Source: Mobula birostris
Taxonomy: Eukaryota
DNA length: 64,000 nt
Assembly: GCF_030028105.1 (NCBI RefSeq)
Contig: NC_092379.1
Span: 63,066,008-63,130,007 of the forward strand
Reading direction: 5' to 3'
Under the pieces are notes generated by a model. The model was not told the origin of the DNA. It did not search any database and saw nothing but the letters and a program-made list of their open reading frames with translations. Shown here one piece after another: positions 24,351 through 36,477 of this stretch; positions within the stretch are counted from its first letter, which is position 1, and each line of letters starts with the position of its first letter. The translations under genes and the position numbers were made by a program.

Positions 24351-24422
24351 TTAGCTTTGTTCCCGGTTGCCAGGTGAATCCAAGTTACGTTCAGTGTCTG
24401 GAGGCAAATTTGTCAGCAGCAT
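24351..24422 (-). CDS. HDX: HDX last coding exon (MLLTNLPPDTERNLDSPGNREQS*)
   Basis: Acceptor tttcctctctacag, phase 0. LLTNLPP matches human ALLSDLPP. TAA at 24351-24353. Confidence 0.85.
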   Translation of the reverse strand: MLLTNLPPDTERNLDSPGNREQS

Positions 24423-25019
24423 CTGTAGAGAGGAAATTTTTGTTGAATAAATAGCAATGTTGGGAGTTATTAAAAACCAACTAATTCAAGCATCTAGTGA
24501 GGAAACTGCCAACAATCACTAAACAAAATCTTTTAAGTACTAAATGTGTATGTTCTCAAATCCTCCTTTCAGTTCTTGGGAAGAAAAAGCAAAACTATTT
24601 TAATTTTGTCAAGGGGGTAATATGCATGTCTTCAGATACCCAAATGAAACCACAAGACTTAGAGCTTAAATGCTTTTAGTCTGTGATTATGTGATTAGCT
24701 ATTCAATTTCCTCTTTAACCACAATGAACCAGATATTGCACAACTCTTGTCAAAGTACAAACTTGAGTAGTATGCCCCTTGAGCCTATCCCACCATTCAA
24801 TAAAATTATGGCTGGTCTATGCTACTCTCATTTCTGCCTTAGATGCATCTAACTATCTGCCTTTCACCAGCCTTGGGGACAAAGAATTTTAGAGACTGGT
24901 TTGCTCTAGGTGTTCCAGCTTCCCCCCATATTCCAAAGATGTACAAGTTATGGTTTGTAAGTTGTGGGCATGCTACACTGGGGCCAGAAGCATGGCTGGG
25001 CTAAAATGCAAGATAGATG

Positions 25020-25440
25020 CGAGTTCAAAGTATATTTATTATCAGAGTACATATATGTCACCATACAGTAATCTGAGATTTGGAACTACAGAATCAATGA
25101 AAAACTACACACAGCAATGTCGTACAAACAACCAATGTGTGAAAGACAACAAATTGTGCAACGACAAAAGTAAATAGAATTGAGAACAGAGGTTGTAGAG
25201 TACTTGAAACTGAGTTCATAAATTGTGGAAACAGTTCAGTGGTGTTAAGGTGAGTGAAGTTATCCACGCTAGTTCAGGAGCCTGATGGCTGTGGGGTAAT
25301 AATCTCTTCCTGAACCTGGTGGTGTGGGACCCAAGGCTCCGAAACCTCCTTCCTGATGGCAGCAGCAAGAAGAGAGTATGGCCTGGATGGTGGGTGTCCT
25401 TGATTATGGATGTTGCTTTCCTGTGACAGAGTTCCTTGCA
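25020..25440 (-). mobile_element. Rex1/L2-like 3' tail; a short SINE core fragment precedes it at about 24895-25010
   Basis: gttcaaagtatatttattatcagagtac tail and cctgaacctggtggtgtgggac...cctgatggcagcag block shared with many copies in the window. Confidence 0.7.
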
Positions 25441-26418
25441 GGAGTAATGTAAATGCTATTTTTGAAGGACGATCTTGTATCTTAGATTGAAGAAGTCAGT
25501 TATGGTTCCCAGGAACTACAACAATACAAATATGCCAAACAAATATATTGCCAAAAACTCTGGATGTTAATTCCAGGTCAATGATACCTTAAAATGTAAT
25601 CAGTTTTTCAAATTTACCAGAGGGGAGAAAAGTACTGGTTGCCTCTGCAGATAACTGCACTCATTTCCTTCAATGAATTTCTGGTGTCTGCACGAGTTAA
25701 GACTGTTAAATATCATAATCTACGTAAGGTATAGCCACTGGGGGGAGAGGTGATTAGAGACAATTTAAGTAAGTTGAAATACAACTGTTTCCACAACAAA
25801 GCTCTCTGTACTGATGTTATTACCTTCTGAACTGATTGTGGACTTCAGAAAGGGTAAGATGAGGGAACACACACCAGTCCTCAGAGAGATCAGAAGTGGA
25901 AAGAGTGAGCAATTTCAAATTCCTGGGTGTCAATATCTCTGAGTATCTAAACTGGACCCATATCGACGCAGCTACAAAGAAGACATGACACTGGCTATAT
26001 TTTATTGGGAGTTTGGAAGAATTGGTACGTCTCCAAAAACATTCAAATTTCTTACAGATGTACCATGGAAAGCATTCTAACTGGCTACATCACTGCCTGG
26101 TATGAGGGAGGGGGGGGCGGTTACTGCACAGGATTGAAGTAAATTGCAAAGAGTATCCAGGACATCCTCAAGGAGCGATGCCTCAAAAAGGCAATGTCCA
26201 TCATGAAGAACCCTCATCGCCCAGGTCATGCCCTGTTCTCATTGCTACCAACAGGAGGAAGGTACAGAAGCCCGAAGGTACACACTCAACGACTCAGGAA
26301 TAGCTTCTTCAGTTCTGCCACCCAATTTCTGAATGGACATTGAACCCATGATCACTACCTCACTCATAAAAGTTGCTGGTGAACGCAGCAGGCCAGGCAG
26401 CATCTGTAGGAAGAGGTG

Positions 26419-26455
26419 CAGTCGACGTTTCAGGCCGAGACCCTTCGTCAGGACT
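26419..26455 (-). ncRNA. Minimal type I hammerhead ribozyme motif, sense to HDX
   Basis: AGUC-CUGACGA-AGG gucucgg CCU-GAAAC-GUC^GACU: core boxes, 3-bp stem II, 4-bp stem I, GUC site. Confidence 0.7.
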
Positions 26456-27018
26456 AACTGAAGGAAGAGTGAGTAAGGGATTTGAAAGTTGGAGGGGGAG
26501 GGGGAGATCCAAAATGATAGAAGATAGGATGGGGAGGGATGGAGCCAAGAGTTAGACAGGTGATAGGCAAAAGGGATACGAGAGGATCATGGGACAGGAG
26601 GTCCAGGAAGAAAGACCGGGGGGGGGGGGAACCCAGAGAACGGGCAAGGGGTATATTCAGAGGGACAGAGGGAGAAAAAGGAGAGTGAGAGAAAGAATGT
26701 GTGTATAAAAATAAGTAACAGATGGGGTACGAGGGGGAGGTGGGGCATTAGCGGAAGTTAGAGAAGTCGATGTTCATGCCATCAGGTTGGAGGCTACCCA
26801 GACGGAATATAAGGTGTTGTTCCTCCAACCTGAGTGTGGCTTCATCTTTACAGTAGAGGAGTTCATGCCCTCCTGTCCCATGATCCTCTTGTATCCCCTT
26901 TTGCCTATCACCTGTCCAGCTCTTGGCTCTATCCCTCCCCCTCCTGTCTTCTCCTATCATTTTGGATCTCCCCCTCCCCCTCCAAATTTCAAATCCCTTA
27001 CTCACTCTTCCTTCAGTT

Positions 27019-27055
27019 AGTCCTGACGAAGGGTCTCGGCCTGAAACGTCGACTG
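27019..27055 (+). ncRNA. Minimal type I hammerhead ribozyme motif
   Basis: agtcCTGACGAagggtctcggcctGAAACGTCgact, identical to the 26419-26455 copy. Confidence 0.7.
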
Positions 27056-27470
27056 CACCTCTTCCTAGAGATGCTGCCTGGCCTGCTGCGTTCACCAGCA
27101 ACTTTTATGTGTGTTGCTTGAATTTCCAGCATCTGCAGAATTCCTGTTTTTGATCACTACCTCACTACCTTATTTCTACTTTTATGTTTACTTATTTTTC
27201 TCTATTATTTTGTATTGCGTTGTGCTGCTGCTGCAAAGTCAACAAATTTCACGACATATGCTGGTGCTATTAAACCCGATTCTGATTAATAAGCAAATGA
27301 AACAGAACAAGGTAGTTGACATGGAAATATCAGCTCAAAAATGTTGTCTATGACCAAGTGATTTAAAAGAAATCTGTAAAATGCACCTTAATTTTTACTA
27401 TAAAAACTTCCTGCATAAGTTCCGAAAGCATTTGTTTAATATCTTCATGGTAACATTATATGATTCATAT

Positions 27471-27762
27471 GGGGCGCCACGGTAGCGTTGCGGTTAGCGC
27501 GACACTGTTACAGCTCGGGGCGTCAATGTTCAGAGTTCAATCCCAGAATCGTCTGTGAAGAGTCTCTCTATATCCTCCCCATGGAATACGAGGGTTTTCT
27601 CCGGGTCCTCCGGTTTCCTCCTGTAGTCCAAGGTCGTAATGGGTAGATGAATTGATCATTTTAAGCGATTAGGATAGGGTTAAAATGGGGCTTTCAGGGA
27701 TTGCTGGGTGTTGCGGCTCAAAGGGCCTACTCCACACTATATGGCTAAATAACATAAATAAA
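27471..27762 (+). mobile_element. tRNA-derived SINE (V-SINE/HE1-like)
   Basis: A-box-like GGTAGCGTTGCGG, B-box-like GAGTTCAATCC, central ccgggtcctccggtttcctc core, (TAAA)n tail. Confidence 0.75.
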
Positions 27763-28139
27763 TATGGTTTCACATCAGATTTTTTTCTGATATAGCTTTG
27801 AATAAGTCAAAACTCAGTGTCAAAAATACTTTCTAATGACCAACATTCAGTAGCTACATGGTCCCTTTTAAGTTTAAGATTTTGAACTTTTAAGATCAAA
27901 TAAGATTGATTCTGTCTTATGAAGTAAAAAATGCAGCATATAGGAAGGATCTTCAGTGCACCATGTCTTCACTGACCATGATGCCAATACCTTCTCTATC
28001 TCTCTGATAAGTGCAGCTTCAACAACACTCTAGAAGCTGTACATAGCAGTCTACAGCCATTCACTCACATACCTTTGTACCATTTGCAAGATGCAATGCA
28101 ACTACTCACTAAAATGCCTTATCCAAACTCGTGACAAGG

Positions 28140-28340
28140 GCAACAAAACATGAGAACACCACCTGCAGAAGTTGTCCTCCAAGCCACACACCATGCTAAC
28201 TTGGAAATTGTTCTTCCTTGGGTTTGGGTTAAAATCTTGGAGCAGCAGCTCACCATCACCTTCTCAGGGGTAATTAGGGGCAGACAATTAAATTCTGGCT
28301 CAGCCTGCGAATCTCACATTCCTTGAATGAATTTTAAAAA
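28140..28340 (+). mobile_element. Old L2/DeuSINE-type 3' tail
   Basis: gcagctcaccatcaccttctcaggggtaattagggg...ctggc...cacattccttgaatgaat resembles the L2-derived tail I recall from shark SINEs. Confidence 0.5.
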
Positions 28341-28379
28341 TCTGCCTGTTTGTCCAAATTTTCTTTAGCTAATACACCA

Positions 28380-28660
28380 ATCCAAGCAAGATCCCTGGTG
28401 AACCTCCTCTGGACCCTGTCCAAAGCCTCCACATCTCATGTATTGTGGTGACTAGAACTGCATGCAATACTCCAAATGTTATCTAACCAAAGCTTTATAC
28501 AACTGGAACACAACTAAGCAACTTTCGTGCTCAATGTCCCGACTAATGAAGAAAAGCATACTGCATACCTCCTTTACCACCCTACCCACATGTTACTTTC
28601 AGGGAGTTAGGACCTTGCACATCAAGACCTCTCTGTAAATCAAAGATCCCAAAGGTCCTG
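28380..28660 (-). mobile_element. CR1 RT C-terminal fragment; a degenerate plus-strand Penelope pseudo-LTR piece follows at about 28765-28865
   Basis: ggtgaacctcctctggaccctgtccaaagc and aactgcatgcaatactccaaatg blocks homologous to other CR1 copies. Confidence 0.7.
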
Positions 28661-29557
28661 CAATTTTCTGATTTTTTGATGGATTTGCCTGGCCTCTGCA
28701 AGATGAACAATTACCTATAAATGTCTTTGCTTTTGTACTCCAGTCCTGCTTTTTTGATATCTTGTTTTTGATGCAGGGTCTCGGCCTGAACTATTGACTG
28801 TTTATTCATTTTCATCAATGCTGCCTGTACTGCTGAGTTCCTCCAGCATTTTGTTTGTGTTTCTCTTGTTTCATATTGCTCAGTTTAAGTAGTGGTACAG
28901 CTCCACTGACACTAAACATTTTTAAATAAGATGCAGTTGGAAGCATAAAGAATATAATTTTTAAAGTGAATTCAAGTAACTTCATATAGAGTGATCTAAA
29001 TAAGCTGGTTCAGGAAATGGAGAATGCAAACACATATTTACAGCAAGCAATTAAGAAACGAGGTTGGATATAAAAGTAAGGAAGACTCATTGAGATTTTA
29101 CAGAGGTTTGGACAGTTTGCATTTTGAGTAATGTGGCCAGTTTTAATCTCTACTGAGAAACACAAAAGTCTACTAAGCCTTGGAGTCCAGTGTAACAAGA
29201 TTAATTCTTGGGATAAAGGGTTGCCGAACAATCATGATTAATGAAACTTGGCTTATACCCACAGAAATTTAAAAGAATCAGAGATGGTCCCATTGAGACT
29301 AACAAGTTTGAGAGAGAGTTTGATGGGTAGATGCTGAAGGGTTGCTCCTTGAACAGGGGAGTGTGGTCTCAGGATGAGGAGTGGTCATTTAGAATTGAAG
29401 AGAAATTTCTTTATGCACTGGGTTGTAAAACTTTAGAGTTCTCTATTGCAGACTTCTGTGGATGGGAACTCATTGAACATATGCAACGCAAGGACAATAT
29501 ATAGTACCTTCAGACCAGGGAATACAGTAATGCTGACTGAGGAACATGGTCAGCCAC

Positions 29558-30683
29558 CACAAGACTTAGGAACGGAATTAAGCTATTCAGTCCATCGAGT
29601 TTGCTCCGCCATTCCATCGTGGCTGATTTACTATCCTTCTCAACCACATTCTCCTGCCTTCTCACAGTAACCTTTGATGTTTTGGCTAATCAAGAACCTA
29701 CCAAACTCTGTTTTAAATAAACCCAGTAACGACTTCCACAGCTGTTTGTGGCAAAGAATTCCACAGATTCACTACTCTCTGGCTAAAGAAACTCCTCCTC
29801 AACTCTATTCTAAAAGAACATCCCTCTATTTAGAGGCTAGGCAATCTGGTTCTGGACTCCCACACTATCCTCTCCGTCCGTTCCAACTAGGCCTTTCAAT
29901 ATGCGATCGGTTTCAATGAGATCCTACCCCTCCCATTCTTCTAAACTCTAGCAAGTACAGACCTAGAGCCAACAAATGCTCCTCATATGTCAAGCATTTG
30001 ACTCCCAGAATCCTTCTCCTGAACCTCCTCTGGACCCTCTCCAATGCCAGCACATCCTTTCTTAGATAAACAGCCCTAAACTGTTCACAATATTCCAAGT
30101 GTGGTCTGACCAATACCTTACAAAATCTCAGTATTATATCCTTGCTTTTATATTCTAGTCCTCTCGAAATGAATGCTAACATTGCATTTGCCTTCCTCAG
30201 TGCCAACTCAACCTGCAAATTAACCTTTAGGGAATCCTGCACAAGGACTCCGAAGTCCCCTTGCACCTCTGATTTTTGAATTTTCACCTCTTTTGGAAAA
30301 TAGTCTATGCCTTTATTCCTTCTCACAAAGTGTATGACCATATACGTACTTTCCTACACTGTATTCCATCTGCCATTTCTTTGCCTATTCTCTCAATCTG
30401 AGTACTTCTGCAGACTCGCTGCTTCCTTAACACTACCTGCCCCTCCATCTAGATTCATATCGTCCACAAACTTAGCCATAAAACCATCAATTTTGTCATC
30501 AAAATCAATGAGGTATAATGTGAGATGAATCAGTCCCAATACTAACCTAAGCAGAACATCACTAGTCACCAGCAGCCAACCAGAAAAGGCCCCCTTTGTT
30601 CCCACTCTTTTTTTCCTGCCAGACAGCCAATCTTTTATCTATGCTAGTATCTTTCCTGTATATCTTGGGCTCTTATCTTGTTA
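29558..30683 (-). mobile_element. CR1 3' end nested in the tail of an older plus-strand CR1 (about 29090-30750)
   Basis: ORFs 29913..30341 and 30393..30605. TSD AGCCAC at 29552-29557 and 30684-30689. Confidence 0.88.
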
Positions 30684-31118
30684 AGCCACGTTCTTACTAA
30701 ATCGTGGAGCAGGTTCAAAGGACTGTGTGGTGTCATTTTGCTATTTCTTACCTTCTTAAAACTTTGGATCATAAGTTTTATTTTTAAACAACAATCTTTC
30801 CTAAGTATCTCAATTCAATTGAGACAGTTCATTAGTGGGCAAATGCAGTATTATGTAGATAAATGTCACCCCATTTCAGAAGGGAAAATAAAAGCAGAGT
30901 GTTATTTAAGTGGAGATAAATTAAGAAATGCTGAGTTACAAAGGACATGGTGATATTGTCGATCAAATATTGAAAGCAAACATGCAAGTACGCCAGGTAA
31001 TTAAAAAGGCAAATGGTATGTGCACCTTTATGTTCTGAGATTTACACCAAAACATATTTAGCAAACCACTTAGTTAGGATTGATGCCATGATGAAGATCC
31101 TGCTGCAATAAAAGTTAC

Positions 31119-31241
31119 CTGTTGTTGTTCTTTGTCATTTGATTTAACTGCATGAACTAAACTTGTGGTGAAATTCCGAAGATGGAGGTATTTCTGTTTT
31201 TGTCTCTCCAACTCATTCTCAAGGTACTTCATTTCATCGTT
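31119..31241 (-). CDS. HDX: HDX coding exon, coiled coil (NDEMKYLENELERQKQKYLHLRNFTTSLVHAVKSNDKEQQQ)
   Basis: 123 nt, phase 0/0. Acceptor tttttttttcag-type, donor CAG|gtaact. Resembles human NEEVKFIENELEIQKQKYFKLQTFVRSLILAMKADDKEQQQ as recalled. Confidence 0.93.
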
Positions 31242-31569
31242 CTGAAAAAAAACATTGAAAGAAAATAAATGTATACTTGAGGAAAGTCATATGCAATATA
31301 GAAAAAGTCACAATTGTTGTAGTCTCTGAATGTATCAAACTGTCTAAGTGTTACACAGAGAAAAATTATTTTGACTTCATACAAACACAGTATCTTTAGT
31401 ATTAAGTATGACCCGACCAGTCACTGACCAGATGAACAGAAAGACTTCCATTTAATGTCTTTCCTGACTCAACCTGAAAGTCTTTAAAATCAATTCCTAT
31501 AAACAGCAAGTAGAAAGAACAGGTAATAGTCAGTGATGATTGATTGAGAAATAAATATTTGCCAGCACA

Positions 31570-31750
31570 AATTGGGATTACATTCCTGCTACTCTTCAAA
31601 ATAATATCACAGGATCTTTGTCCTAAAGAAGTAGAAATGGCCCTGGTGTAAGTTTTTTCTGAATGATAGAACACTGATATCGCAGCAATCTGTCAGTAAC
31701 TGCCTGGAGTGTCAGCCTGGATTTTTGTGTCCGAGTCTTTGAAGTGAGGC
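31570..31750 (-). mobile_element. DeuSINE-like central domain relic
   Basis: ctcttcaaaataatatcacaggatcttt...ctggagtgtcagcctggatttttgtgtccgagtc resembles the AmnSINE1/SacSINE Deu domain as recalled. Confidence 0.5.
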
Positions 31751-31844
31751 AAAATACAGTGTTCATTTGCTTTTGGTGACATTGACCGATATCACATTTC
31801 TCAGGATATTAGTGGAACACTCAGTTCTCAAAATAACTGGAATG

Positions 31845-32777
31845 TGTGACGAGAATACACATAGATGTTAGCTGTCCTGTGATATCAGCAGTTGGTCTGC
31901 CACCTGTCCTCAGGGGAAGGAGAGATAAGGAAGACAATGGAGCAGCACTTGGAGATGTGTAATGAAGGGACGGGAGAGAGAGCTGTCTAGAGCGGCTCCC
32001 CCTTTGAACCCTGAACTGTTTGAAGTGATGGACAGGCGATCTGGAGATGTGTAATGAAGGGACGGGAGAGAGAGCTGTCTGGAGCGGTTCCCCCTTTGAA
32101 CCCTGAACTGTTTGAAGTGATGGACAGGCGATACCCCAGCAGGGGGATAAAAAGGGACAGGTTCGCTAAGGCAGGACACACACGACCCCCGAGGTAACGA
32201 GACCCTGGAAGTGGTGCGCCTCTCACGAGTCGGTGGGAAGTACCGGACCTTAAACGCACAGGGTGGAAAGGTACGATCAGCGGGAACCCGGTGTGTGTCC
32301 ACCCTTGCTTGGGTGCCGGGTCCACTGCAGAGGATCGACCGCATCTGGAGGAGGGGTCACAGTCGGTGACCTCAGGTGACATCACAAAGGACCCGCCCGA
32401 AAGCTGCTTGTGAGCAACATTGCCGGTCTGTGAGTGGAAGCCGTTTCTGAATGATCAGTCATTCTCTCTCTCCCTCCCCCCACGTTGTCCATCTCCATGG
32501 CAACGATTACTGCGAACTGAACTATTAAATTGGACTGAACTTTGTGTCACTTTGAAATTGGTCATTTACCCCTAGACAACAATAGAGCTTGATTGATGCT
32601 GTTATCTTAATTCTGTGCACATGTATGTTTATCATTGCTGAACTGTTGCATTTATTATCCTTTCGATTACTGTGTTGCTTGTTTCTTTAATAAAACTTTC
32701 TTAGTTCTAGTAATCCAGACTCCAACTGAGTGATCCATTTCTGCTGGTTTGGCAACCCAGTTACAGGGTACGTAACA
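31845..32777 (+). mobile_element. Solo LTR, 933 bp
   Basis: Termini TGTGAC...GTAACA. 4-bp TSD AATG at 31841-31844 and 32778-32781. TATA-like GATAAAAA near 32146, AATAAA near 32689. CpG-rich. Confidence 0.88.
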
Positions 32778-32981
32778 AATGACACACTGCTGCACTTCCC
32801 TGGAAGGTGGAAAATGGGAGACCAGCCAAACAGATATTGGCAGGATAAAAAAAAGGAAAGGATGAAAGGTTTAGCAACATAAGCAGTACAGGTAGTGGCA
32901 GAATCAGATGACCTGATAGGTCTCAAAACTGGCTGCCTTGGCAGGGATGTTATGAACACCATCAATATTATGTTTAAAGCC

Positions 32982-33517
32982 CATAAGACATACAAGCAGA
33001 TTTAGGCCATTCAGCCCATTGAGTTTGTTCCTGTATTCCATCATGGCTGATTTATTATCCTTCTCAATTCCTTTCTCCTGCCTTCTCCCAATAACCTTTG
33101 ACGCCCTTACTAATCAAGTACCTATCGACCTCTGCCTTAAATATACCCAATTACTTGGCTGCCACAGATTCACCACTCTTTGGCTCAAGAAAAATTCTTC
33201 ATCTCTGTTTTAAAGGGACATTCTTATATTTTGAGGCTGTGCCCTCTGTTCCTATATTCCCCCACAACAGGAAATATTCTCTCCAAATCCACTCTGTCTA
33301 GATCTTTCAATACTTCATGGGTTTCACTGAGACCCCATCTCATTCTTCTGAACTCCAAGGAGTACCGGCTCAGAGCCATCAAATGCTCCTTAGATGTTAA
33401 CCCTGTCATTCCTCAGAACCTCCTCTGGACCCTCACCAATATCAGCACATCCTTCCAAAACTGCTCACAACACTCCAAATGCAGTCTGACCAATGCCTTA
33501 TAAAACCTCAGCATTAC
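32982..33517 (-). mobile_element. CR1 3' end, 5'-truncated
   Basis: ORF 33224..33409; TSD AAAGCC at 32976-32981 and 33518-33523. Confidence 0.85.
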
Positions 33518-33680
33518 AAAGCCTAAACATCAAGATTATGTCAGGTATCTGTCAGAGAAAGTGAACAGAATTTAAAGCGCAGACTTTAATTTATCCTATG
33601 GCTTGTTTAAAGGTAGTCATCATACAAGATAACAGATACCTGGAGGGTTGAACTTAGTGGAGTGCAGAGTCAGGAATGGT

Positions 33681-34552
33681 ATAAGACCATAAGACATAGG
33701 AGCAAAATTAGGCCATTTAGTCTATCGAGCCTGCTCTGCCATTCTTTCATGGCTGATCCCAAATCCCACTCAACCCTATAAACCTGCCTTCTCACCAGAT
33801 CCTTTGATGTCCTGATGGATCAGGGAACTATCAGCTTCTGCCTTAAGTACACCCATGGACTTGGCCTCACTGCAGTCTGTGCTAGAGCATTCCACAGATT
33901 CACTACTCTCTGGCTAAAAAAATTCCTCCTTACCTCTGTTCTGAAAGGTTGCCACTCAATTTTGAGGCTGTGTCCTCTAGTTCTGCACACCCCCACCATA
34001 TGAAATATCCTCTCTACTTCCACCTTATCTAGTCCTTTCAATATTCGGCAGGTTTAAATGAGATCACCCCCCCCCAACCCCACATTCTTCTAGATTTCAA
34101 AGCTCCCAAACACTCCTCATATGTTAACCCTTTCATTCCCAGTATCATCCTTGTGAACCTCCTCTGGACTCTCTTCAATGACAACACATTCTTTCTAAGA
34201 TATAGGGCCCAAAACTATTGACAATACTTCAAGTGCAGCCTGACTAGTGTCATATAAAGGCTCAACATTATCTCCTTGTTTTTATGTTCTATTCCACTTG
34301 AAATAAATGCCAACATTACATTTGCCTTCTTTACCAAAGACTCAATCTGTAAATTAACCTTCTGGGAGTCTTGCACGAGGACTCCTAAACCCCTTTGCAC
34401 CTCTGATGTTTGAACCTTCTCCCCATTTAGATAATAGTCTGCACTACTGTTCCTTTTACCAAAATGCATTATCATACCTTTACTAACACTATATTCCATC
34501 TGCTACTTTTTTGCCCATTCTTCCAATTTGTCTAAGACCTGATGCAATCACA
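33681..34552 (-). mobile_element. CR1 3' end
   Basis: ORFs 34215..34499 and 33820..34041 (RRNFFSQRVVNLWNAL); CTTATG-type tail. Confidence 0.88.
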
Positions 34553-35603
34553 TCAACTGAAGAGATTATAATGCAAATAGCTATATACAGTTCTACAAGA
34601 CAGTGGTGAGGGTACTAGAGAATAATGATGTGATTAACAGTGCCAAAAGTGCCAGATGAATGAGAAGATGCAGCCAGGCAGAACTACTTTCATTCTTCAC
34701 TCAGCTATGGTGATCATTCTGGTCAGAATGCCCGGCCATTCCAAGCACAATGATATTGAGTTCTTATGATGGTAAACGTCACTTTGAATTAGAGGACATA
34801 GAATGTTTCAAGGAATATGTGGCCTTAGGACAAAATTTTGCGCATTGTACAAAATAGTAACTATTTGAGTTATTAAATCAGAGCATCTACCCTGACAATT
34901 AAACAAAGCAATAGGATTGCACATTTGATGAAACATTGATTGGGTGTTGTACACAATAAAAAAAAAACACAAAATACATTTAAGATAATGTAAACCTTTA
35001 CAATACAACAGGGTTAAAACAAAGCCCTATCTCCTACAAATTGGGGCTATTAATTGTATTTTCTTTCCCCAACAATTATTATTCTGTCCATACAATGTCT
35101 CCTTGTTTTAATTTTTCTTGGGAAAACTGAAAGCTCAAAATTTCACTGCTAAAAAAGGCTTTACTGCTGAGATTTAACTGGACAATAAACTGTTACAACT
35201 CTAATTTAAAAGTGCATACGATTTTATATTTTATAATACATTAATGCAAGTGATTGAAATGTAGCCAACTGGCAAAAAGTTACCATGTAGTGCTTTACAC
35301 TGAATATTAGAAAGAAGCCTATCCAGTAATGCGCTTTGTTAAAATAAATCAGAAGTTCTTTTATACCCAACCTCAATATAGAAGAATGGGAAATTGAATA
35401 CAAGACTTTTCAATGATTTTACCAGTACTGTAACATTAAGAACAGAATTAAAAACTGCAAGTAACAGCAATGAAACAGATACATTAATCAAATGGCTTCT
35501 TGGGAAACATCTCTTGATTACATCTAGTAGCTAAACAAGCTGGTTCAGCAGGTTCTGAACAGTGATCCAATGTTGTGAAATGTTAACAGGTATCATATCT
35601 TAC

Positions 35604-35699
35604 CTTTAAGCTCAGTAATTTTTGAAGCTGCTCAACTTCAACAGCTATGCGATCACAACTGCTCATCTCAGCTGCATCATCATCAAGTACTTCTAATTT
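35604..35699 (-). CDS. HDX: HDX coding exon (KLEVLDDDAAEMSSCDRIAVEVEQLQKLLSLK)
   Basis: 96 nt, phase 0/0. Acceptor ttttttttgacag, donor AAG|gtaaga. Resembles human KIEIIDDEESDMISNSEVEQVNSFLDYK as recalled. Confidence 0.9.
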
Positions 35700-35930
35700 C
35701 TGTCAAAAAAAACCCCAAAGCTTTTGTTAGAGCTTGCAATGGGTTAAGGCTGATCAATCCTATTCACTTGGCTTTTCAAACTATGTTACATTTGCCTCAC
35801 AAGTCATTTCCTTTTTCACTGACGTGGCCTTTTCAACCGCCAGCTTAGAGGATATCAAAGCTTCTTGAAGCCAGTTGTCAGATCAAGTGAGATTTTCTCA
35901 TGGATAGCTGCCTCTCCTAGCCCATTATAT

Positions 35931-36020
35931 TACACTCAATGACCACTTTATTAGGTGTATCTGAACATCTGCCCATTAATGCAAATATCTAATCAACCCA
36001 TCATAGTCTATGTAAAAGCG
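35931..36020 (+). mobile_element. Tc1-like terminal fragment
   Basis: TA-cactcaatgaccactttattagg...aatgcaaatatctaatca resembles a fish Tc1 left end as recalled. Confidence 0.45.
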
Positions 36021-36477
36021 AACCACTGCAAATTTGTGGTAATATATCCTGCAGCAACGTCATCCTCTGTTTTCTGGTCAGGAGTATTATTACATTAACT
36101 CAGTCACATACAGAAATCGCAAACCTTTTAGCCTTGGAAGTACACAAATCTTTACTGATGATATTCGCTATAGAGCAAATCCAAACAGGTCAGTCATGAG
36201 CATTTGAAAAGCTCAAGGAAGCAATTTATCACATTGCAAATATCACAACAATCATATTTAGCATATCCAAAATTATTTTCTTCATTGTTCATTGGAAGTG
36301 ATGAACTTCTCTTTGTCAGTGTACATCGGAAATTCATACAAATACATTAGAAATAAACACATTAATGTGAATTATTTCTGAGTGCTCACTGATGTCTCAT
36401 TCTAATTCCTCACAGTTGCATAACTTTCAAGTTGTTTATGTGGCTCCACAGAGTTCCAAAACACAAGTGAAAAAAAA

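Larger units (their letters stand above)
26365..27150. mobile_element. Penelope insertion with inverted pseudo-LTRs
   Basis: 26365-26601 is the reverse complement of 26869-27109. 16-bp TSD TGATCACTACCTCACT at 26349-26364 and 27151-27166. GIY-YIG C-terminus (LRLEEQHLIFRLGSLQPDGMNIDFSNFR) in the spacer. Confidence 0.92.
25815..27287 (+). mobile_element. Rex1/L2-like 3' fragment split by a palindromic Penelope insertion
   Basis: ELIVDFR, VERVSNFKFLGVNISE and ESILTG relics; the tail resumes after 27166. Confidence 0.75.

Noticed and set aside
26360-27153. Recurrent short ORFs (MLVNAAGQAAS..., SPDEGSRPETST) as a peptide family
   Set aside because: They are translations of the Penelope pseudo-LTR; the conserved part coincides with the hammerhead RNA motif.
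27471-27545. tRNA gene
   Set aside because: A/B-box-like motifs are present but I see no convincing cloverleaf, and the sequence continues into a SINE core and tail.
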